64,000 nucleotides of DNA. It comes from Sphyrna mokarran (Eukaryota). Both the position numbers and the translations under genes were made by a program. The stretch spans positions 12,276,001 through 12,340,000 of the forward strand of contig JAGIQG010000018.1 in NCBI GenBank assembly GCA_024679065.1, given 5' to 3'. The notes under the pieces are model-generated. The model searched no databases. It saw only the letters and a program-made list of their open reading frames with translations, and had not been told where the DNA came from. Positions within the stretch are counted from its first letter, which is position 1; the number at the start of each line of letters is the position of its first letter. Of this stretch, positions 1-10,900 are shown one piece after another.

Positions 1-666
1 GTGAAGCATTGTAGTGGAAAGTATTGAGGGGGAAAAAGTGTCACCATGTCACAGCTGTAGAGCACTTATGAAAAAAAAGCAAAAACCACATCCACCTTAC
101 AGGAACTGATTGGCCTTATTTCACTGAACAGAGGGCCGGATCCGGAGGATGGGATGGCAGGTTTTCAAAAAAACTCTTCAGGTAAACTGAGTTATGCTTG
201 CAGTTGATTTTACAGAATCTGCTGTGAGCTGTTCTAATCTACTTAAAACTGGTGCTCTGGCCAAATCTGCATTTTCTTCACACAAACTGGTGATGACTTT
301 ATCACAACTTTAAGGCAGCTTTGTTGGAAGTTTCTCTGGCCAATGGAGGATCTTCAGTTCTCCCAACAAAACACTGTTTACACCAGATGTAAAGTGGTGA
401 CCTGAACAGAATCCAAGTCATTTAGTCTTTCCAAGATGCCTTTGTACAGATTCAGTTGACAGACAATATGGTAGTGAATTGCTGGCTGCTTTCATTTTAG
501 AAGATTGGAGCTGGAATGCCATCAAGCTAATTTGCTTCTGCCCTTGGCTGAAACACAGCAGCAAGATAATTTACCCAAAATAAAACAAGCCACTAACCTA
601 GTTTTCAGCATTTGGGCCTGGCAGCATTCATCAACAAACTATCAGTGACAACCAAAAAAAGTTAAT

Positions 667-956
667 AAGTTTATTTATTCATCATAAGTCAGCTTACATT
701 AATACTGCAATGAAATTACTGTGAAAATCCCCTAGTCATGACACTCCTGTACCTGTCCGGGTACACTGAGGGAGAATTTAGCATGGCCGATGCACTTAAC
801 CAGCGTGTCTTTTGGACCTAGAGAGGAAAGTGGAGGAAACTCAAGCAGATACAGGGAGAATGTGCAACCTCCACATCTAACTCCATAGATGATGACCCAA
901 GCCGGGACGCAAACCTGGGTCCCTGGCGCTGTCAGGCAGCAGTGCTAACCACTGTG
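667..956 (-). mobile_element. V-SINE, tail type 2
   Basis: tRNA-derived head, V core, tail ending cattgcagtattaatgtaagc...aataaataaactt. Confidence 0.85.
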
Positions 957-1309
957 GGATAGGAATCAGGGAAGCAGCTGAACTCAAAAGCAGGCTAAGT
1001 AAAGTTCAGGATATAAAGGAGTTTTCTGGTGTCGACCTTTATGATTCTGAATCCAGATGTGCAATTTGAGAACATGGCATTTGAAGCAGGGACGATCCCA
1101 ATTCGCACGGCTAGAGTAATGTAAAAGAACGGGGAGAGGGTAGCAACGCTTTCATTTCCACTACTTGGTGGAGGATGGGTGAATGAGGCAAACCATTTTT
1201 TTCCTCATCAAAATACTTGATGGAGGTGGTAATTTTTAAGTTATAAACTAATATTCAATATATTTCTCCATTTTTAAAATACTTCTTCAACATATAGAAT
1301 TTTCTGATC

Positions 1310-2305
1310 ACTGTCCAGCAATAAACATGCAGAGTCATCTTGGGCACCACACTTAAAAGATGCATTAGAGACAGTGCAGAAAGATTCACAAGAATGGCAT
1401 GATAAACTTCAATTATGTGGACAATCTGGAGAAGGTGGGAACGTTCAGCCTAAAAGGAGGTTGAGAGTACATTTGATAGAAATATTAAAAATTGTGAAGG
1501 ATCTGGATGGAGAATGCTCCCATTAGTGGAAGAATAGAGAACGCAGGATGCTTGTTTAAAGTAACTAGCAAAAGGAGCAATGACAACACAAGGAAAATTT
1601 TTCCTTTGCACTGAGTAGTTATGTTGCAAAACGTACTGCCCGAGTGTGTGGTGGAGGCAGATTCAATTGTGACTTTCAAAAAGGAATTGAATTATTTGGG
1701 AAATCTATCAAGCTACGGGAAAAGACAGGATATTGACTATTGATGGATTGCTCTTGCGGACAGCCGGCACAGATACGACAGGTTAAATGGCTTTCTTTGC
1801 TGTAACCATTCTGTGATAGGGTCTTGGTAAAACCACACCTGGAATGCTGTAAATGGTTCTGACCTCCTCATTAAGGATGGATATACTTGGAATGGCAATC
1901 AAGGTTTCCAAGACTGTTTTTGGCATGGGAAATCATCCTGTCATGAGAAGTCTATATTCTTTGGAGTTAAGAGAGATGATTTCATTGAAAAAAATAATAT
2001 TTAGACTTAACAGGATATAGTGGGAAGGACTGTTTACCTGGATGGGATGTCTAGAACTAAGAATCAATCTCAGAATAAGAGAATGCCAATGATGGACTGA
2101 GATGCTGAGAAACCTCTTGACTCTCAAAGTGACAAATCTTTGGAATTCCTATTTCAATGCTCAGTTGGTGAATATATCCAGGACTGAGGCTAATGGATTT
2201 TTGGATACAAAGAAAATCAAGTGTTGTCATTATGGTGTGGAAAGATGAAGTTGAGATGATGATCACCCATGATCTGACTGAATGGTAGTGCAAAGTATTT
2301 CTTAT
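1310..2305 (+). mobile_element. Two tandem decayed CR1 3' fragments
   Basis: agtgcagaaagattcacaagaatg, ccacacctggaatgctgt and CR1-type tails. Confidence 0.7.
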
Positions 2306-3400
2306 GCTGGAAAGTAATAGTTGTGGATAACAGAAGAGTGGAGGTTATTTCGGTGCTCCTACAGTTGAACATTCACTGTCCAATCTCATGTCTGAGGATT
2401 AGATTCACGGGTGAAGTATAGGATGAGGTACAACTCTTGGAAATGAATACAAGTTAGTAATTGCAGAAATCTGGGGTGAAGGATTCGGAGGGGGCAGTGC
2501 AAAAGAAATGTGAGTTTTTAAAAAAGGGCCTTCTCATATTATACTGTTTGCAACTAAAATGCATCAGTAACTATGGGCAGGCATTTTTTTTTTGCACTTG
2601 TGGACTGAACCAAACGTAAATTGAACAACTGCTGGAAAAGAGGTCGCCAGTCTTTTAAACTGAATCTTCCACTGGCTTGAAGCAAGTGGCTAAGACCTTA
2701 AATATTGCAATTTTGAAAATGTATTGTGTAAATGAGGTTTCAGCAGTTACATTCCACATATTTATGAACATCTATCCTCAGTGAGATATGGCACACATTT
2801 TTCTTTGGGAAACCTTACTCAGAACTAAGGTAATCAAATAAAATTTTCAGATTGCATCAAAACATCAGATTTGACGCACTTTTTTTGGTTAGTAAAGTAA
2901 CTTTTCAGCCTACTTCACGATAACAAGACTATGATTTGCATTATTGGCTTCTTCACGACAGAATATGTTCCTTCATTGTTTAAATGAGTTTATTACTTTG
3001 TTACACATCAATGTATCGTTTTTCACCAGAAGTTGACAGAAATTTTAGGTAGCGCTGTTTATTTCGACAACTGCATCAGAATAATCTTATAAATAAATGT
3101 ACATGTATTTTAGAAATGCAGATGTGTAATTTGTGCAAAGTATCTTCACTCTTGTGGCATCTGGCAGTCCGTGTTAACTCTATCAGCTCTCAGAGTCACT
3201 ATTGTTCAAACGGTTTCTTTATATAACATGACAGTTTCCTAGGACATTCTGGAAAGGATGGCAAAAGCATGCTCATTTCCGGGTTGCACTCCTAAGAGGC
3301 ATCTTCAGGACCCAAGTGCTCCAACTCCCTTCAAATACCAAACATTGAACCATGAACCAATGACTGGTTCATCGACAGTTCTAAGACTATTTTAAACAAA

Positions 3401-3692
3401 ATCAGAGCCAGAGAATAAATCCCTTCAAGGCTGTTTGGCCCATCGAGTCTGACTCCCTGAAAGAGCATTTTACCTTCCCTACCTCCATCCTAACACTGTA
3501 ATCACATGCGTTTATCATGGTTAATCCATTTAACCTATACATCTTTGGACTATGGGAGGAAACTAGAGCACCTTGAGAAAATCCACACAGTCGCAGGAAG
3601 AATGCGCAAACTCCACGATCACCCAAGGCTGGAATTGAATCCAAGTCCCAGGCGATGGGAGGCAACAGTGCTAATCACTGTGCCATGCCTCC
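3401..3692 (-). mobile_element. V-SINE, HE1-like with CR1-type tail
   Basis: Head ggcacagtgattagcactg, V core, tail cgatgggccaaacagcc. Confidence 0.8.
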
Positions 3693-5004
3693 ATCATCAG
3701 AGAGGAAAGAATTTGTTAGCCTCATGGGGTACTCAGATGGACTGATGTCTCTCTCTCTCTCATGTCAGTGGGCTATGGCATCATTCCATTGCAAATGGCT
3801 ATCTGCACAAACTAAGAGAATGTCTAAGCTCTCTCTGCTCCTCTAATTCTGGTCTCTTGTGCATCAGATTTTGATCATTCTGCCAATGTTTCAGCTGTCC
3901 TGGCTGTAAGTCTGAAATTCCCTCCCTCTATTCTTTCACCATGATCAATCTTTTGGCTATCTTTCCCAATCTCCCCTTCCATGGTTTGGTGACAAAAAAT
4001 GTCTTCATTAATATTTTTATCATACCATTCTTAGGAAATTGCTTGAAATATTTTATGTTAAGTATGCTACATATATACAAGTAGTTTGTGCTTAATCTGG
4101 TGATTCCTTCCAAGTGCACCTTGCTTCTGCAGATGCTGGACCTGTGGGTTTAACTGATTATACTCTGGGATGTTCAGAACCACAAACCTCTAGTTAATTG
4201 TAATGGTTCTGTATAGTCTGCATTCCATTTTTCCCCTCAGCCAGGTAATTACAGTCTTAAGCTTTTCAAGTTGACAATCTACAATTAGGGCAGTTCCCAG
4301 AAGGGCCACTTAGCAGGTAACCATGTGAATCCAGATTGTTTCACCACATCCTGTTGTACACAGACCATTTGCCAATATGCATTCTCTGAGGTGGTTGCAG
4401 ACAAACCTATAGACAGACTTTGCCCTTTTTTGGCGGGGGAGGGAGCAGAAGAGCAAAGAGGAAGGAGACAAGAAAATTGCCTGAAGAAATAAAATCAAAT
4501 TCAAAATTTATCTTCAAAATATAATTTTGTAACGAGAGAAAAGAGATGTACGCAAAATATATTCTTCATTAAGCTGCAGTAAATACAAGCATGTCAGCAA
4601 TTGATCAGAGTTGAAAATGATTAATGCTATCAACAGGTTAAACATCTACATGAACTTGTATACCACGTCCTGTGGTCAATGGACTGCTCATTACTTTTAC
4701 CATATAAAGCTTTCTTTGTCTGCTTAAGGAGAGGAAGGATGTGAGTTAAACAAAGTAACAAAGTAAAAAGCCTAGCTTATTTAGTATGAGTAAATGAGAA
4801 AGAATTCTGTGTGCACAAAAGGCTTTACCATTTGGGTCTTACTTTCTATATTTGTACAGAGATATATGACTACAAACATTTTTTGCATGTTCAATGGGTA
4901 ATGCATTGTGAAGAATTGTCAAAATTAGTTTACAGAATAGCAACATTAAAAAAGATACAAGTTAGATAAAGATAATTTAATTAATGTGTTGTACATTCAG
5001 TCAA

Positions 5005-5401
5005 ATATTTTCTTATCCTTTTGGCTAAGATCATTAACTATGATAGAATAAGCTGAACTTTCTCTACATTCCAGCGGTGATGGTAACACTACATTCTGCA
5101 CCCTCTCCTTTCCTTCTCCTCTCTATACTCTACTTGATGGTATGGCACGCAAGAAACAAGACTTTTCTCTGTATCCCAATAGATATGATAATAATAAATC
5201 AATTCAAGGTCAAGCAGGAGATCAAGCGTGAGATCAGGTGTCATGCCTGCTCGTCAACTTGGATGTAATATATCCTTTTTGTGGGGACCATGAATTGGAT
5301 TCATTTTAATTGCTTCTGCAGCAAGGAAAAAGGATCAAGGAATTGCCCTGTCCACTCCATGCACTGGTCTTCTCTAACTCAGGTACGAACAAAATATTTT
5401 T
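5005..5401 (+). mobile_element. U2 snRNA-derived element, copy 1 (interrupted by a LINE tail at about 5034-5207)
   Basis: CCTTTTGGCTAAGATCA (5017-5033) equals U2 nt 13-29; after the insert the sequence follows U2 colinearly to ttgccctgtccactccatgca (U2 TTGCTCCGTCCACTCCACGCA). Confidence 0.75.
5034..5207 (+). mobile_element. LINE 3' UTR fragment (Rex1/Babar-like tail)
   Basis: Ends gcacgcaagaaacaagacttttctctgtatcccaatagatatgataataataaatcaattcaa, resembling fish/shark Rex1-type tails; splits the U2-like element. Confidence 0.5.
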
Positions 5402-6025
5402 CCAAAATCTTTTTTGTCCTGCTTGGCTGAAATTTTTTCACACAAAAATCCATTTCTCAGCAATCAATTCCTCGAATAATTCTCACCCAATTTAACAGGC
5501 CAAAGACCATTTTGTTTTCCTGACAGCTGGACACCATTTCCCAAAGTGCTTTTGAAGTTATTTATGCTTATTCACAAATCTATTCAAACAACAAAACAAA
5601 GGCATTTCTATTAAGCAATGTTCAAAAAAAGTTGCAACAAATGCAGTCCACAAGAAATCACACATTTTCAGAGTCATGATTTTTCACTAACAGTTTACTT
5701 AGAATCTGCATGACCTAAAATCCTTCAAAAAATGCAATTGTGGGTCCAGGTAATCAACCAATTGAAAGAAGTTTCAGTTCTGTTGAATCTGAAACTTCAG
5801 AACTTCATGGTACTTCTGAAAATTAAGGTGACAGTGAAGGATGCAGTTACAATATCACAGGGACACAAAGAAAAAGAAAAAACCCCAACTTAACATGGTA
5901 AAAGATTGAAGGAGCTTTACAACAACCAAATAAAGTTGAACCAAATACTACTGAAAGATTGGTGAACAGGCTATTGCATTTTCTTGGCAGGAGAAGGCCA
6001 CTTCAAGCCATCAAAAAGTTGAAAG

Positions 6026-6322
6026 TTAAAGTTTATTATTAGTCACAAGTAGACTTACATTAACACTGCAGTTGAGTTACTGTGAAAAATCCCCTAGTTG
6101 CCGCACTCCGGTATCTGTTCGGGGACACTGAGGGAGACTTTAGCATGGCCAATCCATCAAAACCAACATGTCTTTTGGACTGTGGGAGGGAGCAGAACAC
6201 CCGGGGGAAACCCATAATGACACAGGAAGAACGTGCAAACTCCGCACAGACACTGACGCCAGCTGGGAATCAAACACAGGACCCTGGCGCTGAGAGGCAG
6301 CAGTGCTAACCCCTGTACCACC
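6026..6322 (-). mobile_element. V-SINE, tail type 2
   Basis: aaagtttattattagtcacaagtagacttacattaacactgca...ggcagcagtgctaacc. Confidence 0.88.
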
Positions 6323-7171
6323 CAGTGGACTGATAGTATTATCAACCGATGAAAATACTATTCATCGACTTTACAATCATACCGTTCGTACCAAATGCAA
6401 CTAACAGAAAGAGAACCTAACTCTGATTCTAGTTCAAATGCTGAGCTGTAAATATGTCCCAAGACTGGAGCAAAGGGGATGCACAAAAACATCCATCACT
6501 CTGAAATGTAGGGCTAATAATACACCAACGTGGAAAAGCACTGCACTGGCCACAAATCAAACACTTTAGTCTATAATCATGAGCTGATTCATTGTCATAT
6601 TTAAAGGGCACTAAGCTTACTTGATACTGCTCTATTTACCTTGATAAATAAAATAGCTCATAATAAATGGACAGAGAAGTGAAACTGAGCACTGCAAAGT
6701 GCAATGTTTCTAATAGGTAACTGAGGAGAACTGATGACTGTTGCTTAAGGCAAAATAGTAAGAATTGCTGAAAGGCTGTGTGTAGTTGCAGTCAATTTGG
6801 ATTCTGGGGGACCAGAACCTTGCATAAACTACTAATAAAGTTTGAGAGAAGCAGAGTATAACTGGCTATACAAGTCTCCTGTTGGTCTACAGAAAGAAGA
6901 GGCAAAGGCATAACTGCTCGTTCCCACACTTAACACATGGAATCCAAATTAAACTAGCTTTAAAAAAATTGGGATTACGATTCCTAGTGAAGCACTGGTG
7001 ATTTAATAATCTGGCAATCCGCCACTGAGTTTACTGGAAACTGTAATATTTAAAAGTTTCTTCAAACGAATGAAGTTAACAGAGTGCTCTCGCAAGATTC
7101 CTGTAATTAATCTGGTAAGGAGAACCAGCATCCGTGAGAAATGAGTCAAAAATAATTTAAACATCTCGTGA

Positions 7172-7450
7172 AGGGCAGCACGGTGGCACAGTGGTGAGCA
7201 CTGCTGCCTCACAGCACCAGGGAACTGGGTTTGATTCCTGATCTGGGTCACTGTAGATGCGGAGTCTGCACATTATCCCCACGTCTGTGTGGATTTTTTC
7301 CAGGTGCTCTGTTTCTCTCCCAGCGTGAAAGATGTGCTGGTTAGAAACATTGGCCATACTAAATTCTCCCTCAGTGTAGCCGAAAGATTCCAATAACTTC
7401 ATTGCAGAATTACTGTCAGCCTACTTATCACAAGAATCAAAAATAAACTT
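7172..7450 (+). mobile_element. V-SINE, tail type 2
   Basis: ggcagcacggtggcacagtggtgagcactgctgcctcacagc head (A/B boxes), V core, tail gcctacttatcac. Confidence 0.88.
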
Positions 7451-7599
7451 GAAATTTTAATTTAACGTACAACTACATGCAAAAAAATGAATAGCAGACA
7501 GATACATGTCTACAGAACATTTTCTCCTATTCAGTAGAAAGGTAGAACTGACTGCAGACAATCTGCTTCTGTCAGTTGCATTCCTTAACATAAGCATCA

Positions 7600-7910
7600 T
7601 ATTGAGTTGTATTTATACAGTGCCTATGATACCCTCAAGACATATCCCTAATCAACGAAGTAGTTCTGAAGTGTACGCATTGCTTAATGTTGGAAATATG
7701 GGTGTGAATTTTCACACGGCAGGCACCCACAGACATGACTGAGATAATGACCAGACTACCTGCTTAAATTTTTAGTTGGGGGATTTTACTGGTCAGCACA
7801 CTAGGGAAAATTCCTCTGCTCTTCATCAAAATACTACTGTCAGATCTTTTACATTCACCAGAGCAGACCTGGCTTCAGATTAACATCTCATCGGAGAGCT
7901 GAGGTTCCTG
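7600..7910 (-). mobile_element. Deu-domain SINE (SacSINE1/AmnSINE1-like), decayed
   Basis: gagataatgaccaga, cctctgctcttc, gatcttttacattcacc and ttaacatctcatc blocks match the reverse Deu-domain consensus as recalled. Confidence 0.65.
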
Positions 7911-10900
7911 AACTGATCATAGACCCTTTGAAATGTGGATCTCGGATGATGCTGTCAGGATAAGGGAGACGTCTGCACTCGGTGAAGTTCTGTATGAAAT
8001 TAAACTCTCTGCACACTTGGAAGTCACACCTCCAATGCAAAAACTAAGAGCTGAGCACTGACTTTTCTAAAATTGGTTGGAAACATAAAACGAGTGTACG
8101 ATTTTAAAAGTCTGCTATAATATTTTAAACTTAACAGCATGCTTGAATATAAAATGGAGATTTTCATCTACTTTGGGCCCTTCTAAAATATTTTCCTTTA
8201 AACAATGAAAACCATGGTACAAACTACAATATATAATAGTGGTCTTCACCTCTAATAATGGTCTTCACTCACAATTACAACGCTCTTTCATAGAACCCAA
8301 GTCTAAGAGTAAACACAATTTATGCTACACATACAGAAATGTCTCTCGTTCAATAAACAGCACCGACATAAATTCATTCAGCCAATCAGCTCTGAAATAG
8401 CAGTTAAAAGCCTTAAATGGACTAAAACCTGTTGAGAGAGTGACCTCTGTTGGAAATCTCTAGAAAACCATATCCACATCAACGGCAGCAGCTGGGAAAA
8501 AAAAATCTACTTATTATTTCCAACTGGCAGTAAATTCAAAGCAAGTCAACCTACAGCGTAGAATTTCAAACTAGGGTCACAAAAATCCCAGAGGATTTGT
8601 GGGGCAATCTTAAGAGTTCCTGAAGTCATTTATTTTCCATTTGTCTGCTCTGAGGGATTGCTGTATTTGTTAATTATTATGTGTTAGAAAGTGATGGTGA
8701 AAGATAGTAGACTCCATCTTCCTCAAGTTAAAAAGCCAGGCTTGTGAGTGTCAATATTTTCATACCCTCCTGAACAATAAAAGATGGAAAGTCTGTGTTT
8801 AAATGAAACAGCCACAGATAAGCACCTTTCATCTCTTATAATGCAAGTCAACTGAACCATAATCCAAGATTCCAAGCTGAAAATCACCCACCAACAACAT
8901 TGCTATTATGGTGGTCAGGAATTTCCTGAGGTGTTACATTGTCTGCTGCAAATGGGAGTAGTTCCAAGAAAATTACTGCCCTGCACATTACTTAATAAAA
9001 ATCAAAGATGGATATAATAACAATGCAGAAACTCTTTCAAGGGTGCAGTGCATGAAACAAATTTGACAGACAACCCATGAAATGCTAATCCACTGGTCTT
9101 TCAGGCACTGGCTGACCAATTATATATAATAGTATTTTCAAGTTTTATTTTGGATTTTCCATAGCTACAAATACTGACTGCTAACATTTCAAATTTCTGC
9201 AAGGAAAAATAAAACAGGCGCAATATCACATTTAGTTTGATAACATTCCTGTGAAGCATTTTGGGGATTTTACTATAAGAAAGATACTTTATAAATGCAA
9301 TTTGATCTTGTTGCTGGCTAAGATTGTAATTCATCCAGTCTTTCAGATCCCCCTTTTATCCTCTTGTGACATCAGAGCAGTACGAGTAGAAATGGGAACT
9401 TACCCAAGAGATTAACGAAATGTGATTTTACCAGCAGAAGTAAATTATTTTTGTCAGGGAAAGAACATTGGGAGTACAAACCTAACCCCCTATTAATTGC
9501 AATCTAAAATAATTACCAAGTCTTCAGTTTTTCAACCCTTCTTCTCCTGGGGGTGATCTGTGCTGCAGAAAAATTCATTCAGGATATTGCGTCTGCAGGG
9601 CAAGTACGCTCAGGCAGAGTTGTCACTAATCTGTGCGACCAGCTGCTAAGGTGACAGTGTGTCAACTTCATGGCAGCCTGCCTGTGAGAGTTTGAGTTTA
9701 CAACCTCAGATTACTAACCCTCCAAGATTATTGAGGAATTTCCAGGAACTGAAGATAAATCCCATGGTCAATGCTGCAAACAGCCCAGGAGAAAAATTAA
9801 ATTGGCATCAGTATTTGAATCTGTGCTATCACTAGTTAACATTGACTCTGCTTAAATCTCAAAATATTAAGACTTGAATTCTACTTTGCTTTTCTTTACT
9901 AGCAACTCAAAGCTTTTTTTTAAATTTAGAGAAGAAACTGGAAGAAGGTACAGCTTTCAGCTTAAATGCTTATCTCTGGAGAATTTAGCATTGGACAGAG
10001 TTCAAATTTCTTTTGAAGCAGTTTCAGAGTTTGAAACTATGGAAACCAAGCTTTTTTCCAAATTTGGGATGATGCTCTCTGTTTCAGTGCAACAGATTGT
10101 TTCTGTGCAAACATACCAACAGTAAACAGATCTGAAAAATGCCTGCAGCATGTCAAACAAAAGTGATAACTTCCTTCTTAAACTTTCTGGTCAAAACCTT
10201 TCTACTAAGCAAATTTTTTTGGAAAGATAGATACATTGTGTTGTGTCAGAAATAGATCATAAAAAATGGAACATGCAAGAATTTGCTTCCTCATTAAAGA
10301 GGAAGTGAGTGTCGATCTGTAACTCCCTTGATAAGAACCATTTCCTCTTGCTCATATGATTCGACCAGGCAGGTTGTCTCTGCTGTAACTTTGACCAAAT
10401 TAGGCAACAATTTTAGATTCAAATTCTAAAGTCCATTTTAACCCTTTCAGAAGGCCCATTTGCTCGAGTAGTTTGAACTCTGGTTTCGAAGTTGCATTCT
10501 CTCTCCGGAAGCCAGTGGTGAGCATTTTAACTTAAAAGGAGCAATAGGGTTTCAGTGGCCCACTAACCCCACATGCCTGACATTGCTTGCTAATTACTGT
10601 TCTTTTGGCAAAATGGTTTGGCAGAGGGGTGGGAAGGAGGAGGGGTATGACTAGCTTGCTTCATAAAATGAAAGCTTCCTTCTAACTGGTAAAACTCCTC
10701 AGACTGTATGAATAATTTGAATTGTGTGCAACTTTATTGAAGTACAACAGGATGAAACACGAACCATGTCTATCATTTGTAAAGTATTTTGCATTCTAAA
10801 GTGGACATTTTCAAATGTGTTATCTTCTCCTACTGAACTGAAGCACTTCAGTGAATATTGATCACTGGAGAAAACGTAAATATCATCCTACTTTACGTTA

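Noticed and set aside
1-560. Coding-looking stretch with a minus-strand donor-like gtaagg at about 95-100
   Set aside because: The frames I read contain stops and none resembles RNF216 C-terminal exons or a protein family I recognise
2500-3400. Possible decayed DNA-transposon coding sequence
   Set aside because: Cys-rich fragments but no identifiable motif, TIR or TSD; needs a translated search
5005-5401. Functional U2 snRNA gene
   Set aside because: Interrupted by a LINE tail, branch-point recognition and Sm sites mutated, no recognisable PSE; kept only as a derived repeat
7172-7245. tRNA genes at SINE heads
   Set aside because: A/B boxes run directly into V-SINE bodies; no complete cloverleaf
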